From an uncultured Bacillota bacterium (GTDB lineage Bacteria; Sysuimicrobiota; Sysuimicrobiia; Sysuimicrobiales; Segetimicrobiaceae): a stretch of 64,000 nt of DNA. The DNA lies in NCBI GenBank assembly GCA_963804645.1, contig CAWDRG010000009.1, positions 256,001 through 320,000 of the forward strand, in the 5' to 3' direction. Shown in pieces: positions 38,342 through 47,325 of the stretch. The translations under genes and the position numbers were made by a program. The notes beneath the pieces were generated by a model. That model was given only the letters and a program-made list of their open reading frames with translations, was not told the DNA's origin and searched no databases. Position 1 is the stretch's first letter, and each line of letters starts with the position of its first letter.

Positions 38342-40504
38342 ATGCACCGCGTGTCACTCTCGCTCGTCATCCACAACCACCAGCCCGTCGGCAACTTCGA
38401 CGAGGTCTTCGCCAAGGCGACCGACGCCGCGTACGAGCCGATGATCGCGGCGCTGGAGCGGCATCCCAAGATCCGGCTGGCCCTGCACTACACGGGGCCG
38501 CTCCTCGACTGGCTCCGCGCACACCGGCGCGAGCTGCTGCGGCGCGTGCGGTCGCTCGTCGGCCGCGGCCAGGTGGAGATGCTGACGGGCGGGTACTACG
38601 AGCCGGTGCTCGCGATCATCCCCGACGCCGACCGGCGCGGCCAGATCGAGAAGCTCACGCGCGCTGTCAGCGACGAGTTCGGCACGGCGGCCGAGGGACT
38701 CTGGCTCGCCGAGCGCGTCTGGGAGCCGCAGCTGGCGCGGTCGATCGGCGAGACCGGCGTGCGGTACGTGATCGTCGACGACACCCACTTCCAGGCGGTC
38801 GGGCTGGAGGACCGTCAGCTGTTCGGCTACTACCTCACCGAGGACCAAGGCGTCCCCCTGGCCGTGTTCCCGAGCCTGCGCAAACTGCGCTACCTGATCC
38901 CCTGGGCCGCCCCCGAGGAGGTCATCGCGTACCTGCGCTCGCTCGCGGACGAGGACGTCCGGACGGAGGGGCGCGTCGCCCCGCTGGACCTCGCGCTGAT
39001 GGGCGACGACGGCGAGAAGTTCGGGCTGTGGCCGACGACGTACGCCCTGTGCTGGGAACGACGCTGGGTGGACCGCTTCTTCGCCGCGCTCGAAGCGGAG
39101 CCGTGGCTCGACCTGGTGACGCCCGGCGAGTACCGGCGCGCCAACACGGCGGCCGGGCGGATCTACCTGCCGACCGGGACGTACGACGAAATGGCGCAGT
39201 GGGCGCTGCCGCCCGCGCAGGCGACCCGCCTCGAGGCGTTCCGGAGGGAGCTCGACGAGGGCGGACGGTCCGAGCTGACCCCGCTGCTGCGCGGCGGCTT
39301 CTGGCGGCACTTTCTCGTGAAGTACGCCGAGGTCAACACCATGCACCATCTCAGCCTCCGCGCCAGCCGCAAGGTCCACGCGATGTCGCCCGGCGCGGAG
39401 CGGGCCCGCGCGCGCGATGCGCTGTGGGCGGGACAGTGCAACTGCCCGTACTGGCACGGCGTGTTCGGCGGCGTCTACCTCCCGCACATCCGCGGGGCCG
39501 CCTTCAGCCACCTGATCACCGCGGAGGCGATCGCCGACGGGGCCGCTCACGCGGAGCCCTACGCCGACAGCGAGACGGAGGATCTGGACGGCGACGGCCG
39601 CCCGGACGTCCGGCTCGCCACCGACGTCGCCGTCTGCACCGTGAGCCCGGCGCGCGGCGGCAGCATCGTCGAGTGGCATGACCGGCCGGCCCGCCGGCAT
39701 CTGGGCAACGTGCTCACGCGCCGCCCCGAAGCGTACCACGCGGCGCTGCGGGACGCGCGCACGGAGGACGGCGCCGCCCACGATCGGGCCGAAGGAGGCG
39801 CGCCGGAGCCGGGAGACACCGTCGTGCCGCCCCTCGCGCAGGCGGATCTCATGCGGTGGTTTGCCTACGATCGCGTCCGGCGGCCGACGCTGCGCGTCCA
39901 CCTGCTGCATCCGGGCGTGACGCCCGAGCAGCTCGCGCGCGACGAGCAGGACGAGCGGGGAGAGTTCGGGTGGGGCGACTACGCCGCGCGCGTCGAGCGC
40001 ACGCCGACCGCCATCCGGGCGCTGCTGACCCGGCGCGCGCTGCTGGCCGACGGCGAGTGCGTGATCGAGCGCACCATCGAAGCCGCCGCCGGGCACCGCG
40101 GGCTGATGCACACGACGCGCGTGCGCTGGACCGGGAAAACGCCGCTCAATGCGGTCCTCGACGAGGAGTGGAACCTCGGCGTCTTCGGCGTGCCCGAGGA
40201 CGTGACGCTCAACGCCGGCGAGGGCCCCCAGTCCCTGCACGAGGTCACGGCGTACGAGCGGTGCGAGCGGGTCGAGGTCGCGGAGCACCACTCAGGCCTC
40301 ACGATCGCGTTCGTGCCCTCCGAGCCCCCAGCGGTGTGGGCGCTGCCGCTGTTCACGATCAGCAACTCGGAGAGCGGGATCGAGAAGAACTTCCAGGGGA
40401 CGATGCTGCACCTGCGGTGGCCGCTGGCCATCCGGCCGGGCGAGGAGTGGGAGCAGACGACAGTCGCCGAGGTGACCGGGGCGGAGAGCCCGTCACCGTC
40501 CTGA
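38342..40504 (+). CDS. GH57 alpha-amylase / 4-alpha-glucanotransferase
   Basis: HNHQPVGN, GGYYEPVL, WLAERVWEP, DDGEKFG.WP and QCNCPYWHGVFGG.YLPH motifs. Confidence 0.92.
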   Translation: MHRVSLSLVIHNHQPVGNFDEVFAKATDAAYEPMIAALERHPKIRLALHYTGPLLDWLRAHRRELLRRVRSLVGRGQVEMLTGGYYEPVLAIIPDADRRGQIEKLTRAVSDEFGTAAEGLWLAERVWEPQLARSIGETGVRYVIVDDTHFQAVGLEDRQLFGYYLTEDQGVPLAVFPSLRKLRYLIPWAAPEEVIAYLRSLADEDVRTEGRVAPLDLALMGDDGEKFGLWPTTYALCWERRWVDRFFAALEAEPWLDLVTPGEYRRANTAAGRIYLPTGTYDEMAQWALPPAQATRLEAFRRELDEGGRSELTPLLRGGFWRHFLVKYAEVNTMHHLSLRASRKVHAMSPGAERARARDALWAGQCNCPYWHGVFGGVYLPHIRGAAFSHLITAEAIADGAAHAEPYADSETEDLDGDGRPDVRLATDVAVCTVSPARGGSIVEWHDRPARRHLGNVLTRRPEAYHAALRDARTEDGAAHDRAEGGAPEPGDTVVPPLAQADLMRWFAYDRVRRPTLRVHLLHPGVTPEQLARDEQDERGEFGWGDYAARVERTPTAIRALLTRRALLADGECVIERTIEAAAGHRGLMHTTRVRWTGKTPLNAVLDEEWNLGVFGVPEDVTLNAGEGPQSLHEVTAYERCERVEVAEHHSGLTIAFVPSEPPAVWALPLFTISNSESGIEKNFQGTMLHLRWPLAIRPGEEWEQTTVAEVTGAESPSPS

Positions 40505-40555
40505 GACGTCCCTGCGCCTACACCGGGGCAGCGCCCATCCGGGCGGCGCGCCAGA

Positions 40556-40723
40556 TCAGCGGATCGTTCGCGCAAGCGTCAGACCCATCGCGTCGATCGG
40601 CACGTCGCTGCCGCTGTTCGCGACCACGAAGACCACGAGGTCCTTCGCCCTGTTGAGCACGAGCACGGTTGAGAACCCGGTGGTCCCCCCGTCCTTGAGC
40701 ACCGCGCCCTCCTCCGGAAACAT
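40556..40723 (-). pseudogene. C-terminal remnant of a beta-lactamase-like serine hydrolase
   Basis: 55 aa containing KDGGTTGFSTVLVLNRAKDLVVFVVANS, which matches the C-terminal strands of the serine beta-lactamase fold. No SxxK motif. GAGGAGG RBS upstream. Confidence 0.5.
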
Positions 40724-40829
40724 GGATGTGCCTCCTCGCTGAGCGCGGGATCGACGGCGCGCGTGTCGTCGGGGATGCGGCGCGACCCGAGCCATCGACC
40801 GGGCCCGCGCATCCCGCGGCCGGAGACGA

Positions 40830-41318
40830 TCAGGCGCGGCGGTGCGCCCGCTCCGCCCACAACGTCTCCCAGTACTGGAGCCAGGGCCGGCCGACCTCGT
40901 CCTCGGTCGCGCCGGCGTCGTAGGCGGGCGAGATGAGCGGCGCGGCCCGCTCGACCGCGATCAGCACCACGCCGTCGATGCGCCGGTAGAACTCCGGCTC
41001 GAGCCCGTACTCGGTGCGGTACGCTTCCATGATCCGCTCGTAGAGCGGCCCGGCGGTCAGCACGGTCGCGGTCCCCTTGAACCGATACCCCTTGCGCACC
41101 GCGGCGTCGACGACGTTGATCTCGATCGCCGGGTTGGCCCGCAGGTTGGCCACGGTGCCAGGCGAGCAGATGTTGGCAAACACCAGATGATCATCGTCCC
41201 ACACTCGCGTCGTCCCCTTCGGCGAGAGATTGGGCGTGCCGTCCGGGCACACGGTCGCGGCGAATCCCAGCCGCTGCTCGCCGACGACGCGCCGCATCTC
41301 CGCGGTCAGGATTCCCAT
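40830..41318 (-). CDS. Pyridoxamine 5'-phosphate oxidase-family FMN-binding protein
   Basis: ATVCPDGTPNLSPKG, TVANLRANP and KGYRFKG motifs. Confidence 0.88.
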   Translation of the reverse strand: MGILTAEMRRVVGEQRLGFAATVCPDGTPNLSPKGTTRVWDDDHLVFANICSPGTVANLRANPAIEINVVDAAVRKGYRFKGTATVLTAGPLYERIMEAYRTEYGLEPEFYRRIDGVVLIAVERAAPLISPAYDAGATEDEVGRPWLQYWETLWAERAHRRA

Positions 41319-41977
41319 CGGCGCCGGCCCTCCACGCGATACCGCGCGGCGTAGCCCGGGACCGGGATCCCCGCGGGCAGCGCGGGATCCGGCACGGGCA
41401 CACCGGGGACGAGCGTGAGCGGGATGACCCCCGCCCAGATGCCGAGCCCGAGATCGTCCGCCGCGTCCTTGGGCGGCCCGCTGCGGATCTTGGCCGAGGC
41501 CTCGTCGAGCGGCATCCGCAGCACCCGCGTGGCGCGCATGTCGTTCTCGGACGGAAGCCGCGCGTCGGCCCACCGCCCCGGCACGACATGCTCGACGATC
41601 GCTTCGAGCGCGGCGAGCTTCTCCGCCGGATCCACGACCTCGGTCGCGGTCCCCAACACCACCACGGAGCGGTAGTTCATCGAGTGGCTGAAGACGGCCC
41701 GCGCCAGCACCAGGCCGTCGAGCAGCGTCACCGTCAGGCAGGCGGCGATGCCGCCGCCGAGCGTGCCGAGCATCCGCGAGGCCGCGGACCCGTGCAGGTA
41801 AACGAGATCGCCGACGCGCGCGTGGATCGTGGGGATCACAAACGGCTGGCCCCGATCGACAAACCCGACGTGGCAGTACAGCCCCGCGTCCAGGATCGCA
41901 TCGATGGCGGCGCGGTCATACTCGCCGCGTTCGGGATGGCGCCGCACCTTGGTGCGCTCGGTCGAAGGCGTGCTCAT
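41306..41977 (-). CDS. Pyridoxamine 5'-phosphate oxidase-like flavin-nucleotide-binding protein
   Basis: RRHPERG.YD, PFVIPT, YLHGS, DGLVLAR..FSHSMNYRS, SAKIRSGPP and WAGVIP motifs. Confidence 0.88.
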   Translation of the reverse strand: MSTPSTERTKVRRHPERGEYDRAAIDAILDAGLYCHVGFVDRGQPFVIPTIHARVGDLVYLHGSAASRMLGTLGGGIAACLTVTLLDGLVLARAVFSHSMNYRSVVVLGTATEVVDPAEKLAALEAIVEHVVPGRWADARLPSENDMRATRVLRMPLDEASAKIRSGPPKDAADDLGLGIWAGVIPLTLVPGVPVPDPALPAGIPVPGYAARYRVEGRRRWES

Positions 41978-42085
41978 CTCACCGTGCCTCCCCTGGGACG
42001 CGCCGAGACGCGCGTCTCCCCACGATTGTACGCAATTTCGCGTGGAGCGTCTCGACCGGACCCGCCGCGGCGGCCTTGCCCGCGG

Positions 42086-43948
42086 TCACCGCGCGGGCGC
42101 GCGGACCAGCAGGAGAAACGACAAGCCGGGACGCGGCAGCACGACGGCGCCGTCGGACTCGACCAGCGGCGCCGCCGCGCCGCCGGGCCCACCCCACGCG
42201 GCGTCCGCGGAATCGAGGGCCGCGATCCACCGTCCCGGGTCCAGCGGCACCCGCGCCGCCGTCGCGGCGTGATCGAAGTTCACGACCGCCACGGCGGGCG
42301 CCGCCGGCTGGCCGCGACGCACGACGAGCACGCGCGTGCCCTCGAGGACCTCCACGCGCACCGCGTCCCGCGCCGGCGGCGCCAGGGCCGGAAGCGTTCG
42401 CCGCAGCCGGATCAACTCGGTGTAGAAGTCGAGCAGCGCCCGATGCGGCGGCTCGTGCCGGAGCCCGTCGTGCAGTTTGCAGCGCTCGAACGTCGCGGGA
42501 TCTTGCGGATCCGGGACCTCCGCGCCCGCGTCCCACCCGCGGAACTCCTCGCGGCGGCCCCGGCGCACGGCCTCGACGAGATCGGGGTCGCCGTGGCTCG
42601 TGAAGTACAGGAACGGCGCCGGCTCGCCGTACTCTTCCCCCATGAACAGGAGCGGCACGAACGGCGCTGTGAGCACGACCCCCGCGGCGACCTTCAGGGC
42701 CTCGAACGGCACGAGCGCCGCCAGCCGCTCTCCCCCCGCCCGGTTCCCGACCTGATCGTGGTTCTGCGCGGCCACGACGAACCGCTCGCCGCCGAGGTCG
42801 CCGGCCGGCGCCCCGTAGCGGCGGCGCCGGTGCGTCGAGTACTGGCCCGCGAAGACGAACCCCTCCCGCAGCGCCCGGGCCAGATCGGCGGCGCCGCCGT
42901 AATCCGCGTAGTAGCCCCAGCGCTCGCCCGTCAGCAGGACGTGCAGGGCATGGTGCAGGTCGTCGCTCCACTGGGCGTCCAGCCCGTGCCCGCCGTCGCG
43001 GCACGGCCGCACGAACCGGGGGTCGTTGAGGTTGCTCTCCGCGATCACGTGGATCTCGCGGCGGCCGCGCGCCGCCGCGGCGTGCACGGCCTCGGCCAGC
43101 TCTTGCAGAAACGGCCGGGCCGACTGGTCCATGATCGCGTGCACCGCGTCCAGGCGCAGCGCGTCGAAGTGAAACTCCTCGACCCACATCAGCGCGTTTT
43201 CAATGAAGAAGCGGCGGACCTCATCGCTGTCCGGGCCGTCCACGTTGACGGCGGCGCCCCACGGCGTCGTGTGGCGGTCGGTGAAGTACGGACCGAACTC
43301 GCCGAGATAGTTCCCCTCGGGGCCGAGGTGGTTGTACACGACGTCGAGCACCGCGGCCAGCCCGCGGGCGTGGCACGCGTCCACGAATCGCCTGAGGCCG
43401 TCCGGGCCGCCGTACGCGACGTGTGCGGCGAACAGATCCACGCCGTCGTACCCCCAGTTCCGCTCGCCGGGGAACTGGGCCACCGGCATCACCTCGATCG
43501 CCGTCACGCCGAGCGCCCGCAGCGCATCCAGCCGCCCGATCGCGGCGTCGCACGTGCCTTCCCGCGTGAACGTGCCGAGGTGGAGCTCGTAGAGAATGTA
43601 GTCGGCGAGCGGGAGCCCCCGCCACCCCTGATCGGTCCAGGGAAACGCGCGCCCCGCCACCTCCGACGGTCCGTGCACGCCGTCCGGCTGGAGCCGCGAG
43701 GCCGGATCGGGCCGCTCCCGGGCGCCGTCGAGGCGGTACAGGTAGCGCGCGCCCGGCGCCGCGTCGTCGACGACCGCCACGTGGTAGCCGCACCCGACCG
43801 CGGTCATCGCGACCACGCGGTCGCGCGGCGCGACCAGGTGCACGTCCACCGTCCGCGCCTTGGGCGCCCACACGAGAAAGCGCGTCAGGCCGCCGCCGAA
43901 CGCGGCGGCGCCGAGCGGCGCGGCGGGCACGCCGCCGGACGCGTTCAT
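42086..43948 (-). CDS. treZ: Malto-oligosyltrehalose trehalohydrolase
   Basis: VWAP, DPASRLQPDGVHG, YELHLGTF, NWGYDGV, LRLDAVHA and QNHDQVGNR motifs. Confidence 0.95.
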   Translation of the reverse strand: MNASGGVPAAPLGAAAFGGGLTRFLVWAPKARTVDVHLVAPRDRVVAMTAVGCGYHVAVVDDAAPGARYLYRLDGARERPDPASRLQPDGVHGPSEVAGRAFPWTDQGWRGLPLADYILYELHLGTFTREGTCDAAIGRLDALRALGVTAIEVMPVAQFPGERNWGYDGVDLFAAHVAYGGPDGLRRFVDACHARGLAAVLDVVYNHLGPEGNYLGEFGPYFTDRHTTPWGAAVNVDGPDSDEVRRFFIENALMWVEEFHFDALRLDAVHAIMDQSARPFLQELAEAVHAAAARGRREIHVIAESNLNDPRFVRPCRDGGHGLDAQWSDDLHHALHVLLTGERWGYYADYGGAADLARALREGFVFAGQYSTHRRRRYGAPAGDLGGERFVVAAQNHDQVGNRAGGERLAALVPFEALKVAAGVVLTAPFVPLLFMGEEYGEPAPFLYFTSHGDPDLVEAVRRGRREEFRGWDAGAEVPDPQDPATFERCKLHDGLRHEPPHRALLDFYTELIRLRRTLPALAPPARDAVRVEVLEGTRVLVVRRGQPAAPAVAVVNFDHAATAARVPLDPGRWIAALDSADAAWGGPGGAAAPLVESDGAVVLPRPGLSFLLLVRAPAR

Positions 43949-46900
43949 CCCGCCGGGGCGCGGGACAGGAGTTCGAGGATGCCGAGCAGCGGGATCCGCA
44001 CCCAGTCGGGCCGGTTGTTCAGCTCGTAGCGCAACTCGTAGACCGCCTTCTCCAAGAGATGCACGTCGAGGAGCACCCGCATGTCCGCGCGGGTCTGCGG
44101 CAGGAACGCGGCGCCGTCGGTCTCGACGAGGTACCCCCGCAGGAACGCCGCGCACACCCAACGCCGCCAGATCCCGAGCCGCGCCTCCAGCGCCGCGCGC
44201 GCGTCCGGATGCGCCGACACGACGCCCCGGGCGGCCTGATCGCGGACGGCCGCGTGCGCCGCGTAGTGAAACGACCGCAGCATCCCCGCGACATCGCGCA
44301 GCGCCGACCGCTTGAGACGGCGCTCGGTGAGCGTGCGCGCCGGCTCTCCCTCGAAGTCGATGATGACGAAGTCCTTGCCGGTGTACAGCACCTGCCCGAG
44401 GTGATAATCCCCGTGGACCCGGATCCTCATCCCCGAGAGTTTGGCCCCCACCACCGCCCGGAAACGCGCGAGCAGCGCGCCCTCCGCGCCGAGCACCTGC
44501 TCGGCCGGGCTCTGCGCGTCGTCGGGCAGCGTCCGCAGCTGCTTCCGGAGGGATAGGAGCGCCTGCTGGACGAGCGCGCGCTCCGACTGGTACAGCGAGC
44601 GCTGATCGTGCGGGGTCATCGGCTCCGGCGCGAACGCCGGGTCGCGCGGGTCCGAGGCCAGCGCGCGGTGCAGCTCGGCCGTACGCAGCCCGAGCAGCCC
44701 GGCGTGGTGCGCGTATTCGCCGATCTCCGCGTAGACGGCGTCAGGCAGCGGCCGCGCGGCCAGCGCGAGGGCATCGTCGTCGGCGTCAAGCGCCGCGTCG
44801 TACGCCCCCGCGGCGAGCGCGCGCTCGCAGTAGTGTCCGAGGGCGTCCAGCGTGTACGTCCAGGCGTCGCCCTCGTTCGGAACGAACTGCAGCAGCACCC
44901 CGAGCGCGGTCGGCTCGCCCTTCAGCGGCCGGTACTCGAGCCCCGCGCCGACCGCCGGCGTCTGGGGGAACGCCGCCCGCTCCGTCAGAAACCGCCCGAT
45001 CTCGAGATCGGGGTGCTGGCCGGGCTCCACACGGCGGAACCACTTCAAGATCGCGCGGTCGCCGTAGAGCACCGAGGTATTGCTCTGCTCGGCCTTCCCC
45101 ACGGTCGGCGGCGGCAGCGGCGGCTCGCCCGTCACGCGCCGCAGCGCGGGCGTGGCCGCGCAGACGATCTCGCCCGCGCGCCCGCGAAACCGGGCCCGCC
45201 GCGCGATCGCATCGAGCAGCGCCGAGCAGAACGCCGGGTCGACGAGCGCGTCGTACAGGACGCCCGCCTCGGCGTCTCCGCCGGGCCGCACCGATGCCAG
45301 TGCCGCGCCGGGCGTGTCTTTCAAGACTTGCGCCGCTCGGTCGCCCGACGCGAACGCGAGCGGCAGCACGTACGTCTCCGGATCACCGTCGACGTACCGC
45401 GCCTGCAGCAGCGCCACGTAGGCGGCCGCGGACGCGTACGGGATCCGGATCGTCTCCCCGAGATGGACCGTCCGCAACGCGCGCGCCTTGCCGCCGAACC
45501 AGCGCCGTCCGCGGAGATAGCCGCCCAGCACCTCCTCGAGCGCCGCACGCAGCGGCGGCTCGAACACTCCCGGCCATCCCGCCGCCCCCGTCACGACGAG
45601 CTCGCGGAGGCTCGGGTCGCCTCCGCCGGACGGGGCCGCCGCGGCCTGCGGCCGCAGCGCGAACCAGTAGAACTCGTGGGGCCCGAGGGTGAGCAGATAC
45701 GGCAGGTCCCCGATCGGCGGAAACTCCGTTTGGCCGAACAGCTCGACCGGCACCAGCCCGCGGCAGTCCGACAGCGGCAGCTCGGCGTACTGGACGAACC
45801 GCGAGAGGTTCGCGACGACGAGGACGAGCTCGTCGTCGTCGCGGCGCAGGAACGCGAGGACTTTGCGGTTGTCCGGGGCCAGCATCTCGAGCGTGCCGCG
45901 TCCGAAGCACCGGTAGCGCTTGCGCAGCGCGATCAGCCGCCGCATCCACCACAAGAGCGAGTGCGGGTTGCCCTGCTGGGCCTCCACGTTCACGGTCTCG
46001 TAGTGGTACTCGGGATCGATCACCACGGGCAGGTACAGCCGCTGGGGATTCGCCCGCGAGAATCCCGCGTTCCGGTCGGGGCTCCACTGCATCGGCGTCC
46101 GCACCCCGTTGCGGTCGCCGAGGTAGATGTTGTCGCCCATGCCGATCTCGTCCCCGTAGTACACGACGGGGGTGCCGGGGATCGAGAACAGGAGGCCGTT
46201 CATCAACTCGATCCGGCGCCGGTGGTTGCCGAGCAGCGGCGCGAGCCGCCGGCGGATCCCGAGGTTGATGCGCGCGTGCGGATCCTGCGCGTACACGCGG
46301 TACATGTAGTCCCGGTCCTCGTCGGTGACCATCTCCAGCGTGAGCTCGTCGTGGTTGCGGAGAAAGAGCGCCCACTGGCACGTCTCCGGAATCGCGGGCG
46401 TCTGCGCGACGATGTCGATGAGCGGGAAGCGATCCTCCATGCGGATCGCCATAAAGAGGCGCGGCATCAGCGGAAAGTGGTAGGCCATGTGGCACTCGTC
46501 GCCGGCGCCGAAGTACGCGCTCGCGTCCTCGGGCCACTGGTTGGCCTCCGCGAGCAGCATGCGGTCCGCGTACCGCTCGTCGATGTACCGCCGGAGTTCC
46601 CGCAGAAACGCGTGCGTCTCGGGAAGGTTCTCGCTCGTCGTGCCGTCCCGCTCGTACAGGTACGGCACCGCGTCCAGCCGCAGCCCGTCCACGCCCTGGT
46701 CGAGCCAGAACGAGACCACGCGCAGCATCGCGCGCCGGACGTCCGGCGACTCGAAGTTCAAATCCGGCTGGTGCGCGTAGAACCGGTGCCAGTAGTACGC
46801 GCCCGCGACCGGATCCAGCGTCCAGTTGGACGCCTCGAAGTCCTTGAAGATCACGCGCGCGTCCCGATACCGGTCCGGCGTGTCGCTCCAGACGTAGAAG

Positions 46901-47325
46901 TTCCGCCAGCGGCTGCCCGCCGGCGCCGTCCGCGCGCGCTGGAACCACGGGTGCCGGTCGGAGGTGTGGTTGAGCACGAGCTCCGTGATGACACGCAGCC
47001 CGCGCCGGTGCGCCTCGCGGAGAAACACGCGAAACGCGGCGAGCGTCCCGTAGTCGGGATGGATCGCGTCGTACTCCGCGATGTCGTAGCCGTCGTCGCG
47101 CAGCGGCGACGGATAAAACGGCAGCAGCCACAGCGCCGTCACGCCGAGGTCCCGGATGTAGTCCAGCTTGTCCGTCAGGCCCGCGAAGTCGCCGACGCCG
47201 TCTCCGTCGCTGTCGTAGAACGCCCGCACGTGGGCCTCGTAAATGATCGCATCCCGGTACCACAGCGGCTCGGGGGCCGACGGGCGGGCGCGCGGCCCGC
47301 GCCGGTTGGGGGACGGCGCCGTCAC
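43945..47325 (-). CDS. treS: Trehalose synthase fused to maltokinase (TreS-Mak/Pep2)
   Basis: N-part has SPLRDDGYD, LRLDAVPYL and FLRNHDELTLE. C-part has RWFGGK, EQSNTS, RVHGDYHLGQ, IDFEGEP and KAVYELRYELNNRP. GTG overlaps the glgE stop. Confidence 0.95.
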   Translation of the reverse strand: MTAPSPNRRGPRARPSAPEPLWYRDAIIYEAHVRAFYDSDGDGVGDFAGLTDKLDYIRDLGVTALWLLPFYPSPLRDDGYDIAEYDAIHPDYGTLAAFRVFLREAHRRGLRVITELVLNHTSDRHPWFQRARTAPAGSRWRNFYVWSDTPDRYRDARVIFKDFEASNWTLDPVAGAYYWHRFYAHQPDLNFESPDVRRAMLRVVSFWLDQGVDGLRLDAVPYLYERDGTTSENLPETHAFLRELRRYIDERYADRMLLAEANQWPEDASAYFGAGDECHMAYHFPLMPRLFMAIRMEDRFPLIDIVAQTPAIPETCQWALFLRNHDELTLEMVTDEDRDYMYRVYAQDPHARINLGIRRRLAPLLGNHRRRIELMNGLLFSIPGTPVVYYGDEIGMGDNIYLGDRNGVRTPMQWSPDRNAGFSRANPQRLYLPVVIDPEYHYETVNVEAQQGNPHSLLWWMRRLIALRKRYRCFGRGTLEMLAPDNRKVLAFLRRDDDELVLVVANLSRFVQYAELPLSDCRGLVPVELFGQTEFPPIGDLPYLLTLGPHEFYWFALRPQAAAAPSGGGDPSLRELVVTGAAGWPGVFEPPLRAALEEVLGGYLRGRRWFGGKARALRTVHLGETIRIPYASAAAYVALLQARYVDGDPETYVLPLAFASGDRAAQVLKDTPGAALASVRPGGDAEAGVLYDALVDPAFCSALLDAIARRARFRGRAGEIVCAATPALRRVTGEPPLPPPTVGKAEQSNTSVLYGDRAILKWFRRVEPGQHPDLEIGRFLTERAAFPQTPAVGAGLEYRPLKGEPTALGVLLQFVPNEGDAWTYTLDALGHYCERALAAGAYDAALDADDDALALAARPLPDAVYAEIGEYAHHAGLLGLRTAELHRALASDPRDPAFAPEPMTPHDQRSLYQSERALVQQALLSLRKQLRTLPDDAQSPAEQVLGAEGALLARFRAVVGAKLSGMRIRVHGDYHLGQVLYTGKDFVIIDFEGEPARTLTERRLKRSALRDVAGMLRSFHYAAHAAVRDQAARGVVSAHPDARAALEARLGIWRRWVCAAFLRGYLVETDGAAFLPQTRADMRVLLDVHLLEKAVYELRYELNNRPDWVRIPLLGILELLSRAPAG

